Below, piece after piece: positions 28,741-38,658 of a DNA stretch of 64,000 bases; position 1 is the first letter of the stretch, and each line of letters starts with the position of its first letter. This stretch comes from a virus. Its lineage: Duplodnaviria; Caudoviricetes. The notes under the pieces were generated by a model. The model did not search any database and had not been told where the DNA came from. It saw only the letters and a list, made by a program, of their open reading frames with translations. The DNA lies in IMG/VR virus record IMGVR_UViG_3300042542_006078. One strand, given 5' to 3'. The translations under genes were made by a program, and so were the position numbers.

Positions 28741-30408
28741 CTAACTATAAGAATATTCACTACTTCTTCTCGCTTGCAAATAATCAACTATATCCTTATG
28801 ACCATTTTGTTCTGCACCAGCAATTGCATAATTATAATTACTTATTTCTGCGCCTTTGAATAAAAGATATTTAACAAGATTCAAATTACCAGCCGATGCT
28901 GCATTAGCAACTGCGTTTTTACCTATTTCTATTGGAAATTTATTTATTTCTTCGGCTTTATCAATAAGATCTTTAACAAAATCTAAATCACCAGTTGCCG
29001 ATGCAGAAGAAATTAATTTTTCGCTAATTGGGACACCTTTTTTTACAAGATATCTAACAAGATCAAAATTTTTATCTCTTGTTGCTACAAGGACTGCGTC
29101 ATGGCTAACTGGGGCACCTTTTTCTACAAGATATCTAACAATATCAAAATTTTTATCTTTTCCCGACCTCACTGTTTGCCATATTGCTACAAGGACTGCG
29201 TTTTCGCTAATTTTAGCACCACTTTCTACAAAATGCTTAACAGTATCAAAATCATTAAATTCAATTGCCATGTTTATTTTGTTATAATCTTCACTATCAT
29301 TTATTTTCTCATAATAGCTTTCTTTCTGTTTAGAACTCAATAAATAATATTCTTTAGCAGTTAAATTTCTACTATTCTGATCAGAAATTAATCTATTATG
29401 AATATAATTGTCCTTCAAATCACGAATTTTTGCTATTTTATCAATTTGATAATCATCTAATGGCAACCCAGTTTTAACATATTGAGTCAGCAGAGAATTA
29501 AACTTGTTATCCAATAAAAAATCAAATTGCTGATTAGTCAATGGATGCCCTCTTCCAATATATTTTGACTTATAATCAGGAGACAAAGAAATAAACCAAT
29601 TCAAATCACCTTTAGCTTCTCCTAATTTTTCATCTTCTTCTTTTTCTTCTGGCGACTTGGGAATATTTACAATTTTTGATAAATCAATACCCTTCTCCTT
29701 AAGATATTTCATATAAGACTTAGGATCAGTAGTCAATTCTCCAGTATATGGATCTAATGTTTTGCCAGTCGTATTGACCTTGTCTGTGAGAACAGTTTTA
29801 TATTGTGTTTGATCAACAACCACAATACCCAATCTGTCATCCCTCGTATCATCATACACAAAATAAAAGGTGCTAGTCTGATTGTCACGATAACTTTGCC
29901 ACATTCTGTTTCCGGGTTGACTTATGCAAAAACTCTGACCTTTTCCAAGTATAATACATTGTTCTGTATTGTTAGCTTTATAAACCCTTATCTTGCCACC
30001 TGAGCCAGTCAAAATTGGCTTCTCATTCTGGAAATCAATATCGCTAGGCTTAAAATTAGATTTTTCCTTATTTGATTCTTCTCCTTTATTTCCATGAATA
30101 ATCTGAGTCCAATAAAGATAATTATCCCAAGGACTAGGTGGTTTTTTAGAAACTAAATCCACAGATATCATTTTCATCTTGTCTCTGTTCAAATAACCAA
30201 TATAATCCTTTATATCGATTTTAATTTGATTCAAATCTTTAGTTTTACTGTAATAATATGCTGCTAGCAATAATAACTTATCTGCATTTTTATTGTTTTG
30301 TGGAATAACTGTGGATAAAGCATTCAAAACAGCACCAGCCAACTCTGATGCCAAAGCCTTCTCTTCTTTGGTTTCATTTATCAATAACCATTCACGAAAG
30401 TTTAACAT
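28741..30408 (-). CDS. Ankyrin-repeat protein with capsid-targeting-like leader
   Basis: MLNFREWLLINE; repeats FDTVKHFVESGA, FDIVRYLVEKGA, AASAGNLNLVKYLLFKGA, AEQNGHKDIVDYL. Confidence 0.82.
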   Translation of the reverse strand: MLNFREWLLINETKEEKALASELAGAVLNALSTVIPQNNKNADKLLLLAAYYYSKTKDLNQIKIDIKDYIGYLNRDKMKMISVDLVSKKPPSPWDNYLYWTQIIHGNKGEESNKEKSNFKPSDIDFQNEKPILTGSGGKIRVYKANNTEQCIILGKGQSFCISQPGNRMWQSYRDNQTSTFYFVYDDTRDDRLGIVVVDQTQYKTVLTDKVNTTGKTLDPYTGELTTDPKSYMKYLKEKGIDLSKIVNIPKSPEEKEEDEKLGEAKGDLNWFISLSPDYKSKYIGRGHPLTNQQFDFLLDNKFNSLLTQYVKTGLPLDDYQIDKIAKIRDLKDNYIHNRLISDQNSRNLTAKEYYLLSSKQKESYYEKINDSEDYNKINMAIEFNDFDTVKHFVESGAKISENAVLVAIWQTVRSGKDKNFDIVRYLVEKGAPVSHDAVLVATRDKNFDLVRYLVKKGVPISEKLISSASATGDLDFVKDLIDKAEEINKFPIEIGKNAVANAASAGNLNLVKYLLFKGAEISNYNYAIAGAEQNGHKDIVDYLQARRSSEYSYS

Positions 30409-30497
30409 GAATTATTTAGAGAATATCAACGAAAATTTATTGTCTTTTTTTAACTGATTTCAAATAATCAAAAATATCATTACATAATTTTTATCAA

Positions 30498-31292
30498 TCA
30501 AGACTCAATCCAATCCTGTCCATTATGAACTAAAATTTTAGTCACAGGTAAAGAACTTTCTCCTGTGTACTTCAAAGCCATAGGATTCTTTCCATAATTA
30601 TTCTGGAAAAACCAAGATTCTAACTTTTTATGCAATTCTGGATTACGATCCTGATGAGCATAATAAAAAGGAGCTATATTAGATGCTGCTCCTGCACTGT
30701 AATAAGGGTTATCATTCAACAAAGGATCACGAACACTTCCGATTCTACCGGGAAATTTACCATACAAATTTCTGTATTCAGGATTCTTCTTGATAGTCGA
30801 AAATGGAACTGGCTCGGCATCAATACCAGTCAACTTTTCTCCAACTTCATCCTTTGACAAATATTTTTTTGTCTTGTCTGTTAAATTAACATCTCCCAAC
30901 TTGTTCAGCTTTCCAACTCTTTTAGAAGCATAAGTAAGAATGTCTTTCGCATGATTCTCAATGTCCAAATCCCATTCACCAAAATCAATATTTGGAACAT
31001 CTATTACAACAACTATAGGATTACCCTCTAAAGAACCCTTCAAACCATACAATTCTCTTTTCATACGAGCCAAAGCATGAGTTTTTGCGCTTTCATCCGA
31101 TGTCCAAAGAAACAAACCACCTCCCTGACCATGACCATATCCCGAAGACCTAGCACCATCCCTCTTAAATGAATTCAATACCTCATCGTCCTTTCCAGAA
31201 CTAGTTCCATGATAAAACCTGAAAGGACCACTAATAACAAAATCATCAGAATAAACCTCATCATGTCGAAGCCAATCTTTGAAATATATCAT
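30498..31292 (-). CDS. ADP-ribosyltransferase-like protein (H-Y-E clade type N-terminal motifs)
   Basis: FYHGTS, then GQGGGLFLWTSDESAKTHA; leader MIYFKDWLRHDE. Confidence 0.5.
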   Translation of the reverse strand: MIYFKDWLRHDEVYSDDFVISGPFRFYHGTSSGKDDEVLNSFKRDGARSSGYGHGQGGGLFLWTSDESAKTHALARMKRELYGLKGSLEGNPIVVVIDVPNIDFGEWDLDIENHAKDILTYASKRVGKLNKLGDVNLTDKTKKYLSKDEVGEKLTGIDAEPVPFSTIKKNPEYRNLYGKFPGRIGSVRDPLLNDNPYYSAGAASNIAPFYYAHQDRNPELHKKLESWFFQNNYGKNPMALKYTGESSLPVTKILVHNGQDWIES

Positions 31293-31308
31293 AAATTATT
31301 AATCCCAT

Positions 31309-32052
31309 TTATCTATAAATCCACTCACTCTGACGCATATATCCCGGCATTCCTAATCCACGCATCCCAGCTTCCCAATCTCCACGACTACTAACCTTCA
31401 CTCCACCCAATCCTAACTTCTCCATAGCAGCCTTCTTCTCAACTGGATTCATCAAATGTAACCTCTGACGCAATTCCAATTTCTCACGATCAGAATCACT
31501 CATAGCCACACCAACATTTCCACCCATTACCTTACTTATATGTACCGTTCCCAACAAAGGCGTACTTACAAAAACATCCTTACCTACAAAATATTCTTCC
31601 ATAGACCTCAAACAATCTACCAAATTGCGTGAATATACAGATTTCTCATCATTCCAAAAACTCACTAACAAAAACTTAACCTTCATATTATCATCTTTTT
31701 TCCTACTATCAAGAAATATAGACCAATTTCCCATCCTTCCCATTAAATCATGCTTAATTCCCTTTACCCTGTAATCATAACTACTATCATATCCCAAACT
31801 GTCCCGCCTATCCTGCAACTCATCCCTCATATCAATCAAATCTACATGATTCCTAAAATTAATATTGTCAACATCACTAGTATACAACTTACCACCAGAT
31901 ACCACTTCCTTACCCAAATATATAAATAGACGCTTAATCTGATTAGAACCTAAACCAAATATGTCATCAGGTATGTCATCAGGACTCATATAAGGCCCCT
32001 CTAAATCAACATCAAATGACTCCACATAACTCAACCATTCCCTAAAACTCAT
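31309..32052 (-). CDS. Hypothetical protein with capsid-targeting-like leader
   Basis: MSFREWLSYVES after SD GGAG. Confidence 0.7.
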   Translation of the reverse strand: MSFREWLSYVESFDVDLEGPYMSPDDIPDDIFGLGSNQIKRLFIYLGKEVVSGGKLYTSDVDNINFRNHVDLIDMRDELQDRRDSLGYDSSYDYRVKGIKHDLMGRMGNWSIFLDSRKKDDNMKVKFLLVSFWNDEKSVYSRNLVDCLRSMEEYFVGKDVFVSTPLLGTVHISKVMGGNVGVAMSDSDREKLELRQRLHLMNPVEKKAAMEKLGLGGVKVSSRGDWEAGMRGLGMPGYMRQSEWIYR

Positions 32053-32064
32053 AAATAACTCCAC

Positions 32065-32133
32065 TCACTCTGATGCCAAATCCTTCTCTTGTTTGCTTTC
32101 ATTAAAATAAAACCATTCACGAAAGTTTAACAT
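32065..32133 (-). pseudogene. 22-codon remnant of the 26329/28741 gene family (MLNFREWFYFNESKQEKDLASE*)
   Basis: Same upstream GATATTCTCTAAATAATTC-ATG as both paralogs; translation matches their N-termini and then stops. Confidence 0.7.
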
Positions 32134-32203
32134 GAATTATTTAGAGAATATCTTAAAGATATTGCATTCGATAAATAGATTAAAATAAATAAAAAGGAAA
32201 ATT

Positions 32204-32368
32204 ATGAGCAAATTTTGGCTAGTATGGTGCAGAACTATGGGATGCAAAATAAGCGATGATAAAATAGAATCAGATACTGCCTGCCTAATTCGCACATTTT
32301 GGTGGATCATGCACATAATCACTTGCGGATTCATCATCGCAAACTGCATCAGACATTGGAATAATTGA
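32204..32368 (+). CDS. Small membrane protein typical of T4-like large myoviruses (not in ORF track)
   Basis: MSKFWLVWCRTMG...DTACLIRTFWWIMHIITCGFIIANCIRHWNN*; SD AAGGA. Confidence 0.65.
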   Translation: MSKFWLVWCRTMGCKISDDKIESDTACLIRTFWWIMHIITCGFIIANCIRHWNN

Positions 32369-32390
32369 AAACAATAAACATAATTAAATT

Positions 32391-33134
32391 ATGGAAAAAC
32401 CTAAATGGACGATAGGAACTGTGAATTGGAAATCAATTGAATTCATTGAATATCAATTGAAATATTTTCATGAATACAATCAAGACTTTGAATTTATAGT
32501 TTGTGATAATGAAAGCAATGTTGAAACTCCTAAATTCAAAGATCTCAAAGAGAAATATCCAAAATTAAAATTGGTGAATTCGCAATCGAGGAATTGTGCA
32601 TGGAGCGCACACGGAATTGGTCTCAATCAATGCATGAAAATCGCAGAAGGAAAATACATCTTGTTAATGGACCCAGACTTTTTCTGGATGAAGAAAGATA
32701 TTCTTTCATTTTTTGAAAATTATTTCAAAATGGGATATCACGCTATTGGAACAGAATATGCCGGAACTGACTTTCCAATGCCTTGGGGAGCAGCTTATAT
32801 TACTGATGAAATTAATGATTTAGATTTAATCGTAAAAACATCTATTTGTGAAAAATGTAACATTTTGGTTTATGATAAAATGTATGACACCGGATGGCAA
32901 CTCAGAATACGATTAAGCAATAAACCACATCATGCATTCAAACAAGTTTTGAATCAAATTCCAAATCTAGGAAGATACAACACTAATTGGTCGCAAACAT
33001 ATATTCATGATAACAAAGCTATAGCTCACCATTTCAAAAGCGGGAGTCAAATAGAAAAAACATATAATGAACAACAAGTTAAAGAAATAAGAGAAAAATA
33101 TACAGATTGGATGTGGAATCAATTATATGATTAA
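32391..33134 (+). CDS. GT2-like glycosyltransferase, tandem paralog 1
   Basis: IVCDNES, HGIGLNQC, GKYILLMDPDFFW (DxD). Confidence 0.8.
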   Translation: MEKPKWTIGTVNWKSIEFIEYQLKYFHEYNQDFEFIVCDNESNVETPKFKDLKEKYPKLKLVNSQSRNCAWSAHGIGLNQCMKIAEGKYILLMDPDFFWMKKDILSFFENYFKMGYHAIGTEYAGTDFPMPWGAAYITDEINDLDLIVKTSICEKCNILVYDKMYDTGWQLRIRLSNKPHHAFKQVLNQIPNLGRYNTNWSQTYIHDNKAIAHHFKSGSQIEKTYNEQQVKEIREKYTDWMWNQLYD

Positions 33135-33163
33135 TTTTAATTTATATTTTACTAAATTAGTTC

Positions 33164-33910
33164 ATGTCGAACAAATGGACGATAGGAACTGTGAATTGGA
33201 AATCAATTGAATTCATTGAATATCAATTGAAATATTTTCATGAATTTTCTGATGACTTTGAATTCATAGTTTGCGATAATGAAAGTAGTGTTGAAACTCC
33301 TAAATTCAAAGATCTTAAAGAGAAACATCCAAAATTAAAATTGATAAATCAACATTGGAAAAGTGATTCATGGGCCGCACACGGAATTGGTCTCAATCAA
33401 TGCATGAAAATCGCAGAAGGAAAATACATCTTGTTAATGGACCCAGACTTTTTCTGGATAAAGAAAGATATACTTTCATTTTTTGAACACTATTTCGATC
33501 AAGGCTACCATGCAATTGGAGCAAATTACATGCATATGAGAACAAGTTTTCCAATGATTTGGGCAGGAGCTTATATCACTGATGAAATTAGAGATTTAGA
33601 TTTGATGACAAGAAATCCTCGATGCGAATCTTGCAAAAATTGTATTTATGATAGAGATTACGATACTGGTTGGCAAATCAAGATAAGACTTGGTAATAAA
33701 CCTCACTATTCATTTGAACAAATTCAAAACCAAGTTCCAAATTTCGGCAAATATAATAATAGAGACTCAGAAACATATGTTTATGATACAAAAGTTATAG
33801 CTCACCACTTAAAAAGTGGAAGTCAAATAGAGGAAGATTATACCCAAGAAAAAATCAAAGAAATAAGAGAAAGATACACAGAATGGATGTGGAGTCAATT
33901 ATACGATTGA
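33164..33910 (+). CDS. GT2-like glycosyltransferase, tandem paralog 2
   Basis: Close paralog of copy 1; DPD. Confidence 0.8.
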   Translation: MSNKWTIGTVNWKSIEFIEYQLKYFHEFSDDFEFIVCDNESSVETPKFKDLKEKHPKLKLINQHWKSDSWAAHGIGLNQCMKIAEGKYILLMDPDFFWIKKDILSFFEHYFDQGYHAIGANYMHMRTSFPMIWAGAYITDEIRDLDLMTRNPRCESCKNCIYDRDYDTGWQIKIRLGNKPHYSFEQIQNQVPNFGKYNNRDSETYVYDTKVIAHHLKSGSQIEEDYTQEKIKEIRERYTEWMWSQLYD

Positions 33911-33956
33911 TTTTAATTTTCACTGCAATAAATGTCGAAAACAAGATTGAGGATTT

Positions 33957-34703
33957 ATGGATAAATTAAAATGGACGGTAGGAATAGTAAACTCAGATTC
34001 TTTAGAATTTATTGAACATCAATTGAAATATTTTCACGAATTTTGTAGTGATTTTGAGTTTATTGTTTATGATAAAGATAACATTAAAAAAAATACTTTT
34101 TTAGATGATCTTAGCAAAAAATATAAAAACACAAGAATAATTCAGACTCCTAGTTTATCACATGGAATGCATTCTTATGGACTTGGATTGAACGCTTGTG
34201 TTCAAATGGCTAAAGGAAAATATATCTTGTTAATGAACCCAGACTTTTTCTGGATGAAGAAAGATATACTTTCATTTTTTGAACATTATTTCGATCAAGG
34301 ATATCATGCAATAGGAACAGAATATTGGAGTCATTCTTTTCCAATGCCTTGGGGAGCCTCTTACATCACAGATGAGATTAGAGATTTAGATCTAAGAGCA
34401 AAAGCCCATCCTTGCGATAAATGTCACACTTGGGCCTCTGATCGTGATCACGATACTGGTTTTCAAATAAAAATAAGACTAAAAAATAAACCATTCTTTT
34501 TCTTCAGATCTTCTAAAAATAATCAAATTCCTGATTTGGGAAAATCAAACACCATATACGCACAAACATTCGTCTATGACGAAAAAAACATTGCACATAA
34601 TTTGAATGGTGGTTGCCAACAAAAAGAAGGACAAAATAAAGATGAACTGATTGCGATTAAAAAGAAGTACGCAGAATGGATGTGGAGTCAATTATATGAT
34701 TAA
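33957..34703 (+). CDS. GT2-like glycosyltransferase, tandem paralog 3
   Basis: GKYILLMNPDFFW (NxD variant). Confidence 0.78.
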   Translation: MDKLKWTVGIVNSDSLEFIEHQLKYFHEFCSDFEFIVYDKDNIKKNTFLDDLSKKYKNTRIIQTPSLSHGMHSYGLGLNACVQMAKGKYILLMNPDFFWMKKDILSFFEHYFDQGYHAIGTEYWSHSFPMPWGASYITDEIRDLDLRAKAHPCDKCHTWASDRDHDTGFQIKIRLKNKPFFFFRSSKNNQIPDLGKSNTIYAQTFVYDEKNIAHNLNGGCQQKEGQNKDELIAIKKKYAEWMWSQLYD

Positions 34704-34732
34704 TTTTAATTTATATTTTACTAAATTAATTT

Positions 34733-35485
34733 ATGTCGAAAAAATGGACAATAGCTTTAGTTAACTGGAATTCTTTTGAATTCATTGAATATCATGCTAA
34801 ATTTTTCCATTCATTTTGTGATGATTTTGAGTTTTTAGTTTGTGATAATACAAGTCCTTATCAGTCAGAAGAATTAGATGCTATTGCTGAAAAGTATGAA
34901 AAAGTAAAAATTATTTATCCTGATGGTAAAAACTTATCTCACGGAGGTGGAATCAATAATTGTTTAGGTGAGGCATCAGGTAAATATATTTTGATTATGG
35001 ACCCAGATTTTTTCTGGATGAAGAAGTCTATCTTAAAAATTTTTGAACATTATTTTGATCAGGGTTATCATGCGATTGGAACGGAATTTTGGGATCATCC
35101 ATTTCCGATGCCTTGGGGAGCAGCATACTACACTGATGAAATTCGTGATTTAGATTGTACTGCCAGAGTTGAAAAATATTGTGATAAATGTAATAACAAG
35201 ATTTTGGACAAGTGGTCTGATACTGGCTGGGAGATAAGAGTTAGGTTGCATAATCAGCCTCATTTTGGTTTTAGAAGAGTTATGTCTACATGTGTTCCTT
35301 ATATGGGAAATCATTTTTATGCATTTAGGCCGATCAGCTTTGTATATGATGGTAATTTTATTGCTCATCATTTGATGAGGGGAGAATACAAGGACACAGA
35401 TTGGCATAAGGATTTTGTTAATGATGAGATGATTTCTGCGAGAAAAAATTACATTGAATATTTCTGGAACAATTTACAAGATTGA
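34733..35485 (+). CDS. GT2-like glycosyltransferase, tandem paralog 4
   Basis: VCDNTS, HGGGINNC, GKYILIMDPDFFW. Confidence 0.8.
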   Translation: MSKKWTIALVNWNSFEFIEYHAKFFHSFCDDFEFLVCDNTSPYQSEELDAIAEKYEKVKIIYPDGKNLSHGGGINNCLGEASGKYILIMDPDFFWMKKSILKIFEHYFDQGYHAIGTEFWDHPFPMPWGAAYYTDEIRDLDCTARVEKYCDKCNNKILDKWSDTGWEIRVRLHNQPHFGFRRVMSTCVPYMGNHFYAFRPISFVYDGNFIAHHLMRGEYKDTDWHKDFVNDEMISARKNYIEYFWNNLQD

Positions 35486-35491
35486 GGATTT

Positions 35492-36238
35492 ATGGCTAGG
35501 TTAAAATGGACGATAGGCACGACAAATTGGGATTCTTTGGAATTCATACAATATCATGCAAAATTTTTCCATGAATTTTGTAGTGATTTTGAATTTATTG
35601 TTTATGACAACGAGAACATTCAAGGAACTGCTTCTTTCGATGATATTCGCAAAAAATATAATAACACAAAAATATTTCAGACTCCTAGTGTATCGCCGGG
35701 ATGTCATGGACATGGTTTGGGATTGAATGCATGTGTTCAAATGGCTAAAGGCAAATACATCTTGCTAATGAACCCAGACTTTTTTTGGATGAAGAAAGAT
35801 ATATTGTCATTTTTTGAAAGTTATTTCAAGATGGGATATCATGCTATTGGCACAGAGTATTGGGGGAATACTTTCCCGATGCCTTGGGGTGCAGCTTATA
35901 TTACTGATGAAATTAAAGATTTAGATTTGAGGGCTAAATCACATCCTTGCGATAAATGTAACAATTGGGTTTATGATCGTGATTATGACACTGGTTTTCA
36001 ATTAAGAATAAGACTGAAGAATAAGCCATTCTTTTTCTTTAGAGAGTCTCAAAAAAGTTCAATTCCTGATTTGGGAAAATTAAATGACATGTATTCGCAA
36101 ACATTTGTGTATGATGGGCGTAACATTGCACATCATTTGAAGGGAGGTAGTCAACCAAAAGAAGGCCAGAATAGAGATGAACTGATTGCGATTAAAAAGA
36201 AGTACGCAGAATGGATGTGGAGTCAATTATATGATTGA
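35492..36238 (+). CDS. GT2-like glycosyltransferase, tandem paralog 5
   Basis: Close paralog of copy 3; NPD. Confidence 0.78.
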   Translation: MARLKWTIGTTNWDSLEFIQYHAKFFHEFCSDFEFIVYDNENIQGTASFDDIRKKYNNTKIFQTPSVSPGCHGHGLGLNACVQMAKGKYILLMNPDFFWMKKDILSFFESYFKMGYHAIGTEYWGNTFPMPWGAAYITDEIKDLDLRAKSHPCDKCNNWVYDRDYDTGFQLRIRLKNKPFFFFRESQKSSIPDLGKLNDMYSQTFVYDGRNIAHHLKGGSQPKEGQNRDELIAIKKKYAEWMWSQLYD

Positions 36239-36293
36239 AAAAATAAACAAAATCTTGAAATCAAATCCATTCTAATTGAAGCTCATCAATTAT

Positions 36294-37370
36294 TTATACC
36301 GAAATTTCAGGATCATTTTGGACAATGTTTGGCTGATTAATTTGATTCCTACTATTCTTTGTTCTAAGCCAATCATTAGGAAGTCCAAGACTTATTCCAT
36401 ATTCCTCTTCACCTTCGTATTTTCTAGCTGCCAACGGATGTCCAGAATAGGCATGTTTTCTTGTGCTCAACCATCTATTTAATAATGTTCTATTTGGAGG
36501 ATAATTACCATTAACTTTGTAATAGTTGGCAAGTTCCTCAATTTTTTGATTATTTTTTTCTTGTAATTTTTCAGTAGTAATTTGTAGTTTGAGCCAATCA
36601 TTCGGAAGACCAAGACTTATTCCATATTGCTCTTCTCCTTCATACTTGTTTAATTTTCCTCTTCCTGCATATGTTTGTCTTTTTGCTTTAATCCAATTAT
36701 GCAATTTTTCTTCTTCTTTTAATTTGGCAAAAGGGTATCTTTTCCATTTTGTATAAAATTCCGCAAGTTCTTCTACTTTTTTGAAATTTTGATTTTTTCT
36801 TAATTTGTCAAGTTCTACTGACAAATCTGGATTTATTGGTATCGATTCATCATTAAAAACTTTTTCTCTTTGGTCTCTAACTTTTTCTGGAACTAAAGGA
36901 TTTGCGTAATTTTCTTGGAATCCCTCTGACTTAATGAATTCTTTTATGATATTTTCCATATTGTTAATTTCCCAATAAGGAATCACAAGAAGAGGAATAT
37001 TGTTTTCCTTGCAAAAATCATATTTTATTTTGTCTCTTAAAACACTTCCTTTGAAATGTGTAATTTCTCTGTGCCAATGTTTGGTAAATTTATAATGTTG
37101 CGCTCCATGAAATTCAACAACATATCTTCTGTTGTTTTCCTCAACTAAAAATGAAGCATCAAATCTCAAACATTTTTTATTGACACATTTATCAAACTGA
37201 TATTGAACATCATGAGATCCAAATAATCTTTTAAGTATTTCGCCAAGTAAAACTTCACCCTTCGATATTGACGGAACTATTGATTTATTTTGTCTTATGA
37301 TTGGAGAAATAGTTGCAGTGCCATCTACAAATTCTGATTCTTCTCGATATAACCAAAGTTTGAAATTCAT
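36294..37370 (-). CDS. DUF559/Vsr-like endonuclease fused to two helicase-associated (HA)-like repeats
   Basis: SKGE, LRFDASF, VEFHGAQH, RDKIKYDFCKENNIPLLVIPYW; repeats LHNWIKAKRQ and LNRWLSTRKH. Confidence 0.7.
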   Translation of the reverse strand: MNFKLWLYREESEFVDGTATISPIIRQNKSIVPSISKGEVLLGEILKRLFGSHDVQYQFDKCVNKKCLRFDASFLVEENNRRYVVEFHGAQHYKFTKHWHREITHFKGSVLRDKIKYDFCKENNIPLLVIPYWEINNMENIIKEFIKSEGFQENYANPLVPEKVRDQREKVFNDESIPINPDLSVELDKLRKNQNFKKVEELAEFYTKWKRYPFAKLKEEEKLHNWIKAKRQTYAGRGKLNKYEGEEQYGISLGLPNDWLKLQITTEKLQEKNNQKIEELANYYKVNGNYPPNRTLLNRWLSTRKHAYSGHPLAARKYEGEEEYGISLGLPNDWLRTKNSRNQINQPNIVQNDPEISV

Positions 37371-37530
37371 CAATTATTTATGAAGAAATAATCGGATTTA
37401 TGACAATAAAGAATAAATTATTTGCGGTTCTTCTTCATAAATCTTCCAACATTTGGAAGAATCAGGAAAACTTACCGGATATCCCATCATCTTGAAATCA
37501 AATCCATTTTAATTGAAGCTCATCAATTAT

Positions 37531-38631
37531 TTATGAAGAAATTTCAGGATCATTTTGGACAATGTTTGGCTGATTAATTTGATTCATACTATTCTTTGTT
37601 CTAATCCACTTTGTTCTAAGCCAATCATTAGGAAGTCCAAGACTTATTCCATATTCCTTTTCACCTTCGTATTTTGCAACAGCACCTCTTCCCTGATATG
37701 CTTGTCTTTTGCTACTAAGCCAATTTTTTAATTGTTTTTCTGATTCTATTTTGCTTCTTTCGCTGGGATATTTTCCATTATCCCTGTAAAATGCAGCAAG
37801 TTTTCTTATTCTATCGTAATGTTCTTCTTTTGTAGTAATAATTTGTGGTTTAAGCCAATCATTCGGAAGCCCAAGACTTATTCCATATTCCTCTTCACCT
37901 TCGTATTTTGCATATTTCCCTCTTCCCAGATATATTTGCCTTTTGTCAGCAAGCCATCTTCCTAATTGATTTTCTGATTCTATCTTGCTCCCAATACTGG
38001 GATATTTTCCACTATCTCTGTAAAATGAAGCAATTTCTTGTATTTTTTGATTATTTTTTTCTTGTAATTTTAATTTTTCATTAGTAATTTGTAGTTCGAG
38101 CCAATCATTAGGAAGTCCAAGACTTATTCCATATTCTTTTTCTCCTTCATATTTTCCAACAGCACTTCTTCCCTGATATGCTTGCCTTTTGCCATTAAGC
38201 CAAATTCCTAATTGTTTTTCTGATTCTATTTTGCTAAATTGTCTGGGATATTTTCCATTATCCTTGTAAAATACAGCAAGTTGTCTTATTTTTTGATTAT
38301 TTTTTTCTTGTAATTTTTCTTCACTAAATTGTGGTTTAACCCAATCATTAGGAAGTCCAAGACTTATCCCATATTGCTCTTCACCTTCGTATTTTGCAGC
38401 ACCAGACCCTCTTCCCAGATATGCTTGTCTTCTTTTATTAAGCCATCTTCCTAATTGTTTTTCTGATTCTATTTTGCTTACAGTGCTGGGATATTTTCCA
38501 TTATCCTTGTAAAATACAGCAAGTTGTCTTATTTTTTGATTATTTTTTTCTTTATTTATGGTTGGATAAATAGTTGCAGTGCCATCTGCAAATTCTGATT
38601 CTTCTCGATATAACCAAAGTTTGAAATTCAT
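37531..38631 (-). CDS. Protein made of four about 80 aa HA-like repeats, no nuclease domain
   Basis: FYKDNGKYP...EKQLGRWL..KRQAY...GISLGLPNDW x4. Confidence 0.75.
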   Translation of the reverse strand: MNFKLWLYREESEFADGTATIYPTINKEKNNQKIRQLAVFYKDNGKYPSTVSKIESEKQLGRWLNKRRQAYLGRGSGAAKYEGEEQYGISLGLPNDWVKPQFSEEKLQEKNNQKIRQLAVFYKDNGKYPRQFSKIESEKQLGIWLNGKRQAYQGRSAVGKYEGEKEYGISLGLPNDWLELQITNEKLKLQEKNNQKIQEIASFYRDSGKYPSIGSKIESENQLGRWLADKRQIYLGRGKYAKYEGEEEYGISLGLPNDWLKPQIITTKEEHYDRIRKLAAFYRDNGKYPSERSKIESEKQLKNWLSSKRQAYQGRGAVAKYEGEKEYGISLGLPNDWLRTKWIRTKNSMNQINQPNIVQNDPEISS

Positions 38632-38658
38632 CAATTATTTATGAAGAAATAATCGGAT

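Noticed and set aside
32137-32349. Minus-strand 70 aa ORF in the track
   Set aside because: The plus-strand 32204-32368 ORF has an SD and matches a recognisable small phage membrane protein
32391-36238. Diversity-generating retroelement acting on the GT paralogs
   Set aside because: No reverse transcriptase in the window, and differences span whole genes rather than being adenine-specific in a short VR
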